Below, one piece after another: positions 1 through 9,824 of a DNA stretch of 64,000 nucleotides (positions are counted from its first letter, which is position 1; each line of letters opens with the position of its first letter). The notes beneath the pieces are model-generated. The model was not told where the DNA came from and searched no databases. It saw only the letters and a program-made list of their open reading frames with translations. The stretch is taken from contig BK006942.2 of the NCBI GenBank assembly GCA_000146045.2, positions 32,001 through 96,000 on the forward strand, in the 5' to 3' direction. The position numbers and the translations under genes were made by a program. The DNA is from TPA_inf: Saccharomyces. Taxonomy: Eukaryota.

Positions 1-570
1 TCCGGGATGAACCCGCCCTGTACCATTCCTAATAAGCATCTAGTAGCAATAAATTGACCTCGATTTTTCAGACCAGCTTGAGTAATACAAATTACACTCC
101 ACAACACAATTTGAACCGGAATGACCCTTTCTGGACCAAATCTTTTGGACAGCAGATTGCCGGGTAGTTCACTTGCTAGAAATATAACTAGATAAACAGT
201 TTGGCCAAGGTTGTAGTCGTTCGTGTTCATTTTCAAGTCAACAATGAAGTTGTCTGAAACTGCCCTTGCAATATTTTTCCTTATTAAATCCAAAAAGGCA
301 AACATAATAAAAACCCACAAAAAAATCTTCAAGTCCATTTTTCTTACCAATTTCTTTTCCTCATCCTTTGTCCATGTAAACTCAGGATCGAATTTAGACA
401 AGCCTTCATAACCACTGGATTCATAGACTTTTCTCCAACGCTCTGCTTTATGAAAATCGTCAAATGGGTTATGTGAAATACTCTCCGAATCTGATGTTAA
501 GCTTTCTGCGGACACAGATAATTGGGCCTTTTCTACAATATCGTATTCTTCTTTTTGTACGGACATAGAT
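1..570 (-). CDS. SOA1: YIL166C, major-facilitator transporter of the Dal5 family; 5' part only, runs off the window start
   Basis: Minus-strand ATG at about 568-570. Translation MSVQKEEYDIVEKAQLSV... continues through hydrophobic segments (IFLWVFIMFAF, VYLVIFLASELPG, GMVQGGFIP) typical of an MFS permease. Sits directly upstream of NIT1 as in S288C. Absent from the ORF track because no stop lies inside the window. Confidence 0.75.
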
Positions 571-1717
571 GAAACTTTGTTTGTTGATTGAATTTTTTAT
601 TAATTGTTTGTACAATAAATAATTTCAATAATCAACAATTGAACGCTGCCTTTTTATACTAAATGATTCAGTAGAAGACGAACCTAGCGCAGGGAATACG
701 TCATGTATTTGATAGTAAGCGCCAAACCTATTAGGCAATAAAGTGTGACAAATTGGTAGCATTGATAGTTATTCCCAATTGACCCATAGGCTGTTGAAAT
801 GAAACCATCAGTATATGTTGAAACCTCAAGTGAGGCGTCAACCTCTAAGTGAGGCTTCAAGCTTCGCCAACTATTATATATGCCACATGACTGCAGGGTC
901 CTTATTTTAAGGAGCTAGCTGCAACGACTTTGTGCTGTAAAGGGGTGCAGCAGCAAATGTAGCCTATTTGCTCGAGGTTTTTCTTTCTTACGAGAATGCT
1001 AGCAATTCAAGATAGTACGTTGTAATATGATGCATTTCGGCACAATTATCCGAGAAACGGACTATTTCGGGATTATATCGATCCGAAATTCTCTGCGTCG
1101 AGCCGAATGCCAAGGAAAAAAGTTCAGAGAATGACTACAAACAGCCTTGGCGACGGCAAAAGTAAGCTTGGTAAGAATGGCTTGATCCACACGGTGATTC
1201 TTGTATCGGGTCAATGCATAATTTTGATTGTGAAAGGCGCAATTATTAAGGCTGCATTCTTTAGCTTGTCTTGACTCCTACCCGTCATCGTACAATCTCC
1301 ACATTAAAAAATATCACGACATTTATAAATCTTCTTCACACCGGATTAAACAAAAAAACTGTGTTAATCGGATCCGGGAGAAAATGCTAATATCTCCTTC
1401 TTGTTTGTGAAATGATGATAACTGGGCTGTTGAACGAAAATGAAACTTCTCAAATACACCTATTTATTAATAAATGTTAATTTATATTTTAAAAAAAGGT
1501 AAAAATTAAATGATCAGGTTTGCGATCCTGATTTCAAAATCATGGCTTGGATTATATCTTAGAGACGTATGGATTTCAAACAAATGCCTATTTGATTGAA
1601 TATTACAGATCTACATTATCTCTTGTACATAAAACATTATATAACAGACATATTGATATTAACGAATATTTTCGAGCCACCATTCATGAAAGCCTAGTTA
1701 ATGGATTTATGCGGTAT

Positions 1718-2686
1718 TCATTTCGTAAACTTGACATCGTGTGACCTTTCATTGACAGTCAACTGGAAGACATCTCCCCTAGCATAATGTCCGACAGGGT
1801 CAAGATCAAAGCGAGCTTCAGCAATCAAGTCAGTGTTAATTTCGGCGGTTAAAAGGCCCTCCTGCCCTAGCAATGGCCCTGCAATAATCTCTCCATAAGG
1901 ATCAATAATAACACTACCTCCATTAATACAGTTGTCGTCAGCAGATGGCCATCCAGGTAATTTTCTCTTACCTGTAGCTTGGTCAATAATCTCCCCAAAG
2001 CCCATTGCTGTCGCATCTGGCATGAACTGCACTGCACTAATCAAGAATAGACGACCTTCGTATGCAATATTTTTCATCACAGTCCTCTAAATAGGCCTAG
2101 CATCCACCGTTGGGGCACACCAGATCTCAACCCCTTTTTTATACATGGCGTATCTCAGTAGAGGCATCATGTTCTCCCAGCAGATAGCACCGCCAATCTT
2201 CCCAGCAGCGGTATCCACGACAGGCAGAGTCGAACCATCGCCTTGACCCCATATCAGTCTTTCGCCAGCTGTCGGCATCAGTTTTCGATGCTTCCCAACG
2301 TAGCCATCTTTAGGATCTATATAAACCATGGTACAATATAATGTCGTCCCATCGCGCTCTATACACCCCACACATAAGGATGCGTCGGTGGCCTTCGATA
2401 GTGCGCACAACTGACTAATTTCTGGATATTTCTCTCCGTTTCCGATCTCAATTGCTTCGGCAAGATACTTAGCATACTCCTCCCTTCCTTCTTGAAGACG
2501 GTAGCCTAGATAAACCCCAAAGTTCGATCCCTTTGGATAACCACCAAGAGTGGCTTCTGGGATAACGACCAACTTGGCACCAGATTCCTTGATCTCCTTC
2601 TCATATGACAAAATTTTTTTCAAGGTATCCTTAGTAGAGCCCGGACAAGAGCCGATTTGAAGGGCAGCAACAATGTGTTTCGCCAT
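1718..2686 (-). pseudogene. NIT1: Nitrilase split by an in-frame TAG: N-terminal 199 aa (YIL164C, 2087-2686) and C-terminal 119 aa (YIL165C, 1718-2077) in the same frame
   Basis: Carbon-nitrogen hydrolase sequence: [14 protein letters not shown]...[12 protein letters not shown]...GKHRKLMPT...ICWENMMPL. The TAG at 2087-2089 is in frame with the downstream segment (...DARPI * RTV MKNIAYEG...), and the C-terminal fragment (GGSVIIDPYGEIIAGP...) is contiguous. Confidence 0.85.
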
Positions 2687-2791
2687 TGTGGTTAACTAGA
2701 GGTAGCCTCGAAAAGTGATTGGCTAACCCTAAGTCATAATATCACCCTTTCTTATTGAAGAGCTTTTATTATTTATATACACTGCCCTTTA

Positions 2792-2798
2792 TGAGTCA
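2792..2798. promoter_or_regulatory. TGAGTCA (Gcn4/GCRE-type palindrome), about 105 bp upstream of the NIT1 ATG
   Basis: Exact TGAGTCA heptamer in the NIT1 5' region. A single occurrence; functional status unknown. Confidence 0.3.
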
Positions 2799-4883
2799 CG
2801 GAGGCCTGGGCTCCATTTTTTTTACGAAGCAAAAAAGATAGCTCATATTTCGTAAGCATTAGGCCAACTTTACTGATAACCGTTTTCAAATCGCGGTGGG
2901 ATTAATATAATGTGGCGTTCATAGTGAAATGTGGCTCCAAAGTATAAGCGTAAATGCGTTTGCTTATCGAACCGCAAGTAACTTGTAATTTCACCTCTAT
3001 AATTTCGAGCGGTTTTTAAGATACACCATGTTTCAAGTAACCACCTTTCGCCTTTTTCCTCTGTTATCGAACTTCCATCTGTAAAAAGTTCGCTTGCAGA
3101 AGAAAAAAGGCACTACACGGAAGAGGACTGATAATTAATGAAAATCAAGCTATGATCAAACAACTACTGGCTCTAATATATGGTTTCGGCTACATAATCT
3201 AATTGTCATATCTGTTATCTCGACACTCGTCTCTCGATAAACGAGTTCTTCACTGTTGCTAGGTGCAGTGGTCGGCCATAGTTATCCATACAAAATTCCA
3301 ATTTCTTACGCGCATAGCAGTCGATACATGCAAACATCTCGACTATTCTGGCGATAGCAGTACCAACAATCACCAGCACAAATTTTGTCACCTGTGCTTT
3401 GCTAGAGTTACTTCAGTACTAATTAGATTATAATATTTTGCAGCATTTATTGGTATAGAAAGAAAAGCTCGAGCACTACCAACTTTTATCTGATATACCG
3501 AAAAATGCATAAATATCTTCTCTAGTTTGTGCGTTTTCTTGTCGCCCTACCTCACAAAAGAGAAGTACTGATGGCTAATAATTGTTGGATCGATTCATTG
3601 TATCTCTTAAATGTCAACAGAGCATAAGTCAGACTCTTTGCCATTTTTAAAAAGCTGCGAAGGCGAACGTGACTACGGGGTGCGGGTTTTTGTATTGCTA
3701 ATGTAGCATGACAGCTTATCCAATGTTTTGTTGTGTTCATTCAAACTATTTTGAGCCTCACTTCAATTTTGTTTGACTACTAACATGGCAGCATGCGTCG
3801 TTTCTAGGTGCTAGCCAGGCTGTGAGAACGTAAAATTAGCCTATGTTCAACATTCTCTGCTTTTCAATGTCACTGTTCATTTTGTTACTATGAAAGTAGT
3901 TCGTCGCAATTTGTACTTTTCTTCGAAAGTCTTCTTTTGCAGTAGATGAAGTGTGTTCTGAGAAATTGATGCTTTCAAATGGCCTTAAAAAATTTTTGTA
4001 TCATAGCTAACAACATACTGTTGCGCCAGGGGAAGTGAAATCATGGTTGTATATTACAATAGCATTATGTGCATTTACCAAGTATGGAAAAGCGGAAAGT
4101 GTGAAAGAAGTTTATGAAAAAAGCGGAAAATAAAAAAAAAAAGTTTATTTTCCTGTGACTTCTGGGAAGCAGTTAGACCTCCTTCGCTGTATTCTTAGGT
4201 GCTATACCTCATTTCCACGATGGTAATAGACGATCAGTCTATTAATGCGCTAAAGAACGTAGAAAAGTTATTAACTGAAGAAGCTTTGCTAATGCCGTCG
4301 CACATTAAACGGCTAGACATTGCCTTGAATAGGAAGCCGAATAATCTACGAAATATCATGGAGCTTCAGGGCCTTGCATATACTATAGTAAAAAAAAAAC
4401 TAAGTTTTCCCCTGTAGTAAACAGGGAGATACCGTACGGAGGTCTGAATTCCCTACAGAAGTAGCTGTAAAAATTCAGAATTCGCAACAACCTATAATTG
4501 AGTTAAGTGCCTTTCCAAGCTAAAAAGTTTGAGGTTATAGGGGCTTAGCATCCACACGTCACAATCTCGGGTATCGAGTATAGTATGTAGAATTACGGCA
4601 GGAGGTTTCCCAATGAACAAAGGACAGGGGCACGGTGAGCTGTCGAAGGTATCCATTTTATCATGTTTCGTTTGTACAAGCACGACATACTAAGACATTT
4701 ACCGTATGGGAGTTGTTGTCCTAGCGTAGTTCTCGCTCCCCCAGCAAAGCTCAAAAAAGTACGTCATTTAGAATAGTTTGTGAGCAAATTACCAGTCGGT
4801 ATGCTACGTTAGAAAGGCCCACAGTATTCTTCTACCAAAGGCGTGCCTTTGTTGAACTCGATCCATTATGAGGGCTTCCATTA

Positions 4884-4898
4884 TTCCCCGCATTTTTA
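4884..4898 (-). promoter_or_regulatory. SUC2 upstream Mig1 GC-box site A (AAAAATGCGGGGAA on the minus strand), about -495 from the ATG
   Basis: AT-rich run followed by GCGGGG, the Mig1 consensus (W-rich + SYGGGG), at the position reported for the SUC2 upstream repressing element. Confidence 0.7.
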
Positions 4899-5252
4899 TT
4901 ACTCTGAACAGGAATAAAAAGAAAAAACCCAGTTTAGGAAATTATCCGGGGGCGAAGAAATACGCGTAGCGTTAATCGACCCCACGTCCAGGGTTTTTCC
5001 ATGGAGGTTTCTGGAAAAACTGACGAGGAATGTGATTATAAATCCCTTTATGTGATGTCTAAGACTTTTAAGGTACGCCCGATGTTTGCCTATTACCATC
5101 ATAGAGACGTTTCTTTTCGAGGAATGCTTAAACGACTTTGTTTGACAAAAATGTTGCCTAAGGGCTCTATAGTAAACCATTTGGAAGAAAGATTTGACGA
5201 CTTTTTTTTTTTGGATTTCGATCCTATAATCCTTCCTCCTGAAAAGAAACAT
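4899..5252 (-). CDS. YIL163C, 117-aa hypothetical ORF lying inside the SUC2 promoter (overlaps the TATA box and Mig1 sites)
   Basis: ATG-initiated 117-aa ORF, basic and low-complexity, with no recognisable domain. Its position matches annotated YIL163C. It may be a by-product of the long stop-free stretch upstream of SUC2. Confidence 0.3.
   Translation of the reverse strand: MFLFRRKDYRIEIQKKKVVKSFFQMVYYRALRQHFCQTKSFKHSSKRNVSMMVIGKHRAYLKSLRHHIKGFIITFLVSFSRNLHGKTLDVGSINATRISSPPDNFLNWVFSFYSCSE
4941..4956 (+). promoter_or_regulatory. SUC2 upstream Mig1 GC-box site B (ATTATCCGGGGGCGAA), about -440 from the ATG
   Basis: AT-rich flank plus CCGGGG. This is the second classic Mig1 site of the SUC2 UAS region. 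Confidence 0.7.
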
Positions 5253-5259
5253 ATAAATA
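5252..5259 (+). promoter_or_regulatory. SUC2 TATA box (TATAAATA) at about -133
   Basis: TATAAATA 133 bp upstream of the SUC2 signal-peptide ATG, the documented SUC2 TATA position. Confidence 0.65.
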
Positions 5260-5384
5260 GATATGTATTATTCTTCAAAACATTCTCTTGTTCTTGTGCT
5301 TTTTTTTTACCATATATCTTACTTTTTTTTTTCTCTCAGAGAAACAAGCAAAACAAAAAGCTTTTCTTTTCACTAACGTATATG

Positions 5385-6983
5385 ATGCTTTTGCAAGCTT
5401 TCCTTTTCCTTTTGGCTGGTTTTGCAGCCAAAATATCTGCATCAATGACAAACGAAACTAGCGATAGACCTTTGGTCCACTTCACACCCAACAAGGGCTG
5501 GATGAATGACCCAAATGGGTTGTGGTACGATGAAAAAGATGCCAAATGGCATCTGTACTTTCAATACAACCCAAATGACACCGTATGGGGTACGCCATTG
5601 TTTTGGGGCCATGCTACTTCCGATGATTTGACTAATTGGGAAGATCAACCCATTGCTATCGCTCCCAAGCGTAACGATTCAGGTGCTTTCTCTGGCTCCA
5701 TGGTGGTTGATTACAACAACACGAGTGGGTTTTTCAATGATACTATTGATCCAAGACAAAGATGCGTTGCGATTTGGACTTATAACACTCCTGAAAGTGA
5801 AGAGCAATACATTAGCTATTCTCTTGATGGTGGTTACACTTTTACTGAATACCAAAAGAACCCTGTTTTAGCTGCCAACTCCACTCAATTCAGAGATCCA
5901 AAGGTGTTCTGGTATGAACCTTCTCAAAAATGGATTATGACGGCTGCCAAATCACAAGACTACAAAATTGAAATTTACTCCTCTGATGACTTGAAGTCCT
6001 GGAAGCTAGAATCTGCATTTGCCAATGAAGGTTTCTTAGGCTACCAATACGAATGTCCAGGTTTGATTGAAGTCCCAACTGAGCAAGATCCTTCCAAATC
6101 TTATTGGGTCATGTTTATTTCTATCAACCCAGGTGCACCTGCTGGCGGTTCCTTCAACCAATATTTTGTTGGATCCTTCAATGGTACTCATTTTGAAGCG
6201 TTTGACAATCAATCTAGAGTGGTAGATTTTGGTAAGGACTACTATGCCTTGCAAACTTTCTTCAACACTGACCCAACCTACGGTTCAGCATTAGGTATTG
6301 CCTGGGCTTCAAACTGGGAGTACAGTGCCTTTGTCCCAACTAACCCATGGAGATCATCCATGTCTTTGGTCCGCAAGTTTTCTTTGAACACTGAATATCA
6401 AGCTAATCCAGAGACTGAATTGATCAATTTGAAAGCCGAACCAATATTGAACATTAGTAATGCTGGTCCCTGGTCTCGTTTTGCTACTAACACAACTCTA
6501 ACTAAGGCCAATTCTTACAATGTCGATTTGAGCAACTCGACTGGTACCCTAGAGTTTGAGTTGGTTTACGCTGTTAACACCACACAAACCATATCCAAAT
6601 CCGTCTTTGCCGACTTATCACTTTGGTTCAAGGGTTTAGAAGATCCTGAAGAATATTTGAGAATGGGTTTTGAAGTCAGTGCTTCTTCCTTCTTTTTGGA
6701 CCGTGGTAACTCTAAGGTCAAGTTTGTCAAGGAGAACCCATATTTCACAAACAGAATGTCTGTCAACAACCAACCATTCAAGTCTGAGAACGACCTAAGT
6801 TACTATAAAGTGTACGGCCTACTGGATCAAAACATCTTGGAATTGTACTTCAACGATGGAGATGTGGTTTCTACAAATACCTACTTCATGACCACCGGTA
6901 ACGCTCTAGGATCTGTGAACATGACCACTGGTGTCGATAATTTGTTCTACATTGACAAGTTCCAAGTAAGGGAAGTAAAATAG
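5385..6983 (+). CDS. SUC2: Invertase (beta-fructofuranosidase), 532 aa
   Basis: [19 protein letters not shown] signal peptide, then [26 protein letters not shown] (GH32 NDPNG motif), RDP and EC catalytic motifs. The track ORF begins at 5001 only because no in-frame stop precedes the true ATG at 5385; an internal Met21 at 5445 also sits in the same frame. Confidence 0.97.
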   Translation: MLLQAFLFLLAGFAAKISASMTNETSDRPLVHFTPNKGWMNDPNGLWYDEKDAKWHLYFQYNPNDTVWGTPLFWGHATSDDLTNWEDQPIAIAPKRNDSGAFSGSMVVDYNNTSGFFNDTIDPRQRCVAIWTYNTPESEEQYISYSLDGGYTFTEYQKNPVLAANSTQFRDPKVFWYEPSQKWIMTAAKSQDYKIEIYSSDDLKSWKLESAFANEGFLGYQYECPGLIEVPTEQDPSKSYWVMFISINPGAPAGGSFNQYFVGSFNGTHFEAFDNQSRVVDFGKDYYALQTFFNTDPTYGSALGIAWASNWEYSAFVPTNPWRSSMSLVRKFSLNTEYQANPETELINLKAEPILNISNAGPWSRFATNTTLTKANSYNVDLSNSTGTLEFELVYAVNTTQTISKSVFADLSLWFKGLEDPEEYLRMGFEVSASSFFLDRGNSKVKFVKENPYFTNRMSVNNQPFKSENDLSYYKVYGLLDQNILELYFNDGDVVSTNTYFMTTGNALGSVNMTTGVDNLFYIDKFQVREVK

Positions 6984-7432
6984 AGGTTATAAAACTTATT
7001 GTCTTTTTTATTTTTTTCAAAAGCCATTCTAAAGGGCTTTAGCTAACGAGTGACGAATGTAAAACTTTATGATTTCAAAGAATACCTCCAAACCATTGAA
7101 AATGTATTTTTATTTTTATTTTCTCCCGACCCCAGTTACCTGGAATTTGTTCTTTATGTACTTTATATAAGTATAATTCTCTTAAAAATTTTTACTACTT
7201 TGCAATAGACATCATTTTTTCACGTAATAAACCCACAATCGTAATGTAGTTGCCTTACACTACTAGGATGGACCTTTTTGCCTTTATCTGTTTTGTTACT
7301 GACACAATGAAACCGGGTAAAGTATTAGTTATGTGAAAATTTAAAAGCATTAAGTAGAAGTATACCATATTGTAAAAAAAAAAAGCGTTGTCTTCTACGT
7401 AAAAGTGTTCTCAAAAAGAAGTAGTGAGGGAA

Positions 7433-8140
7433 ATGGATACCAAGCTATCTGTAACAGGAGCTAAAAAATCTCAGGGAAAAGCTTCTGGTTTGGGAAACGA
7501 AGGAACTCCAATCGGGAATGAGGAGAGCACAAATAAAGCTAAAAATGGAAATAAAAAGCGGAATAAAAATCGAAACAGAAATAAGAAGACAGAGACAAAG
7601 GAACAAAATGAACCTAAACCTGTGACTGGAGGGGAAGAAGTGAGAGTCGAGAAATCTCAAGCGAAAAACAGAAGGCGGAAAAACAATAATGGAGCTAATA
7701 AAAAGAATACCCTACACTACTCAAAGGAAATTAATGTAGAAGAGCGAAAACAAATCGCAAAAAGGCAAGAAGAAATCGAACAATGCATTCACACCTTATC
7801 CGATTTTAAACTGTTTAAAAAGGGTAAGCACGTTACCTCATATGGCTATCGAATCTCCCCCATGACAGACTCCGGTAAGATTTCTTTGAAAATTTTATTC
7901 AACATACCTTTGGATTATCCAAAGGCCCCAATAAAACTAACGATGAAAAGTAATGAAGAAGTTTCCTCTTACATGGACACCGTGATAGCGAATTTCAACT
8001 GGAAAGCCCGTCAATTGGTTAAGGAGGACTGGAGGATATTATCTCAAATAAACTATTTGGTTAGTGAGTTAGAAATATTGAAAATGGAAAATTATAAACA
8101 AATTGATAAACTACGTAATAGCTTTTACAAAACCATATAA
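7433..8140 (+). CDS. YIL161W, 235-aa protein of unknown function with a Lys/Asn/Arg-rich N-terminus
   Basis: The track ORF starts at a GTG (7424); the first ATG is 7433 (MDTKLSVTGAKK...). No catalytic motif recognised. Confidence 0.7.
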   Translation: MDTKLSVTGAKKSQGKASGLGNEGTPIGNEESTNKAKNGNKKRNKNRNRNKKTETKEQNEPKPVTGGEEVRVEKSQAKNRRRKNNNGANKKNTLHYSKEINVEERKQIAKRQEEIEQCIHTLSDFKLFKKGKHVTSYGYRISPMTDSGKISLKILFNIPLDYPKAPIKLTMKSNEEVSSYMDTVIANFNWKARQLVKEDWRILSQINYLVSELEILKMENYKQIDKLRNSFYKTI

Positions 8141-8190
8141 ATATGAGCATAATAAAAAGGGAGAATATTAACTATTATCAAGTATTAAAA

Positions 8191-9444
8191 CTATTCTTTA
8201 ATAAAGATGGCGGCGGCACCCATACCAGTACCGATACACATACTAACAACCCCGATTTGATCCTTTTTCAGTTCTCTTAGTATGGTAGCTACTTGCCTTG
8301 CGCCAGTACAACCCAAGGGATGGCCTAACGCGATTGCACCACCTCTTGGATTTACTTTATTCAAATCGATGCCCAGTTTATGGATGCAGTATAATGCTTG
8401 GGCCGCGAATGCTTCATTTATTTCAAAAATATCGATATCTTGGACTTGCAAGCCAGTAGCTTCCAGGACTTTTGGTATGGCGTATGCAGGGCCCACACCC
8501 ATGATTTCAGGGGGAACCCCCACTGTTTGAAAATCGATGTAGCGACCTAGCACAGGCAGATTTAACTGGTTGGCTACGGACCTGCGGGCTAACAAGACAC
8601 CTGCCACACCATCGGAGACCTGGGATGCATTGCCCGCAGTTGTGGTTCCTCTGTCTTTGATAAAGGCAGGCCTGATGCTTGAAAGCGACTCCGCAGTGAC
8701 GTTAGGGCGTGGCCCTTCGTCCGACTGGCAAATTGAGCCATCTGGTAATTTTATAGGTAAAATTTCATCTTCGAAAAGCCCCTCATTTTTCGCCTTGTAA
8801 GCTTTTTGATATGAATTCGCAGCGAACTCGTCTTGATCCTTTCTACTGATCTTGAAATTAGCGGCAACATTCTCATTAGTAATGCCCATTGGTATTAGAC
8901 ATTTCTTCGCTTCTCGGTTTTTTTGCAGCTCTTCAGAGGAGATCATGCCCAAGGGATTGACGTTTTTGTAGTTATTGGTCATTGATTCCACTCCCAGCGC
9001 CAAACCAATATCAATTTGCCCAACCTTAATCTTGTTGGCAATATCGTTCACCGCCGTTAAACCTGAAGAACATTGTCTGTTTAAAGCGACAAATGGCGTC
9101 GAGTAGGGAATCCCACTTGCCAAGCATGCAGCCCTGTGTTCTGTAGCACCGGCTCCAACATTGAGAACATTTCCACAGGCAACTTCTTCGATTAAGTTCA
9201 AATCAGCCCTCAAAGGTTCCGGAAACCTCCCGATGAACTCATTGAGAAAGTTGTATAATAAGTAGTCTGTGTTTACATCTTTGAAGGCACCTTTAAAACC
9301 TTTACCGATGGCAGACCTGTTAGCAGCCACAATAACTACATCTTCGGGTCTTTTCTCCAGCAACGAGTTCTTCCTCTTCGATTCACCCTTACCCATGGCG
9401 CTCTCCACCAAATGATCCTTGATACTTTGTAGTCTTTGAGACAT
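8191..9444 (-). CDS. POT1: Peroxisomal 3-ketoacyl-CoA thiolase, 417 aa
   Basis: N-terminal PTS2 RLQSIKDHL (R-L-x5-H-L). Thiolase motifs: active-site Cys region NRQCSSGL and C-terminal GARQV...CIGTGMGAA. Confidence 0.96.
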   Translation of the reverse strand: MSQRLQSIKDHLVESAMGKGESKRKNSLLEKRPEDVVIVAANRSAIGKGFKGAFKDVNTDYLLYNFLNEFIGRFPEPLRADLNLIEEVACGNVLNVGAGATEHRAACLASGIPYSTPFVALNRQCSSGLTAVNDIANKIKVGQIDIGLALGVESMTNNYKNVNPLGMISSEELQKNREAKKCLIPMGITNENVAANFKISRKDQDEFAANSYQKAYKAKNEGLFEDEILPIKLPDGSICQSDEGPRPNVTAESLSSIRPAFIKDRGTTTAGNASQVSDGVAGVLLARRSVANQLNLPVLGRYIDFQTVGVPPEIMGVGPAYAIPKVLEATGLQVQDIDIFEINEAFAAQALYCIHKLGIDLNKVNPRGGAIALGHPLGCTGARQVATILRELKKDQIGVVSMCIGTGMGAAAIFIKE

Positions 9445-9609
9445 TGCTTTTATGTAGTGTTATATTCACTCTGTACTCAGAGCCACAAGAAATAACCATT
9501 CGATTTCAATAGAACTGAGATGCAAAAGTATACCCTATTTATATCTCTTCTTTCTAGTAAAACTCCAATAAATTTGAAACCAATAGAGGGAGAAAGGAAA
9601 AAAAAGCTG

Positions 9610-9632
9610 CGGTGTTAATACTATTATCCCCG
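9610..9632. promoter_or_regulatory. Oleate response element (CGG-N17-CCG, Oaf1/Pip2-type) in the POT1 promoter
   Basis: CGGTGTTAATACTATTATCCCCG about 170 bp upstream of the POT1 ATG. Fits the ORE consensus CGG-N3-TNA-N8-12-CCG known for POT1/FOX3. Confidence 0.6.
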
Positions 9633-9824
9633 TTTCCCTTTGATAGCGCCTTACACGGCGCTACCACATCATTACCCTCCTCATGTTGACGCGTCAAGTT
9701 TTTTTTCTTTTTTCGCTATTTGTGGCATAGGTTCAAAACTAGCAAATTCTTGATCTTTTGAAGATTACATAGTGATGATGATCGTGACACAAAAGCAGAT
9801 AAAAAAATAGCACAATCATCAGCG

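Noticed and set aside
5001-5384. Track ORF start for SUC2 at 5001 (128 extra N-terminal codons); similar extensions for PAN6 (36 codons), AXL2 (41 codons), and GTG/TTG starts for YIL161W, MCM10, COA1-antisense and YIL156W-B exon 2
   Set aside because: The ORF track takes the first start-like codon after a stop, including non-ATG codons. The true starts are set by signal peptides, known N-termini and homologue lengths. I report corrected ATG coordinates.
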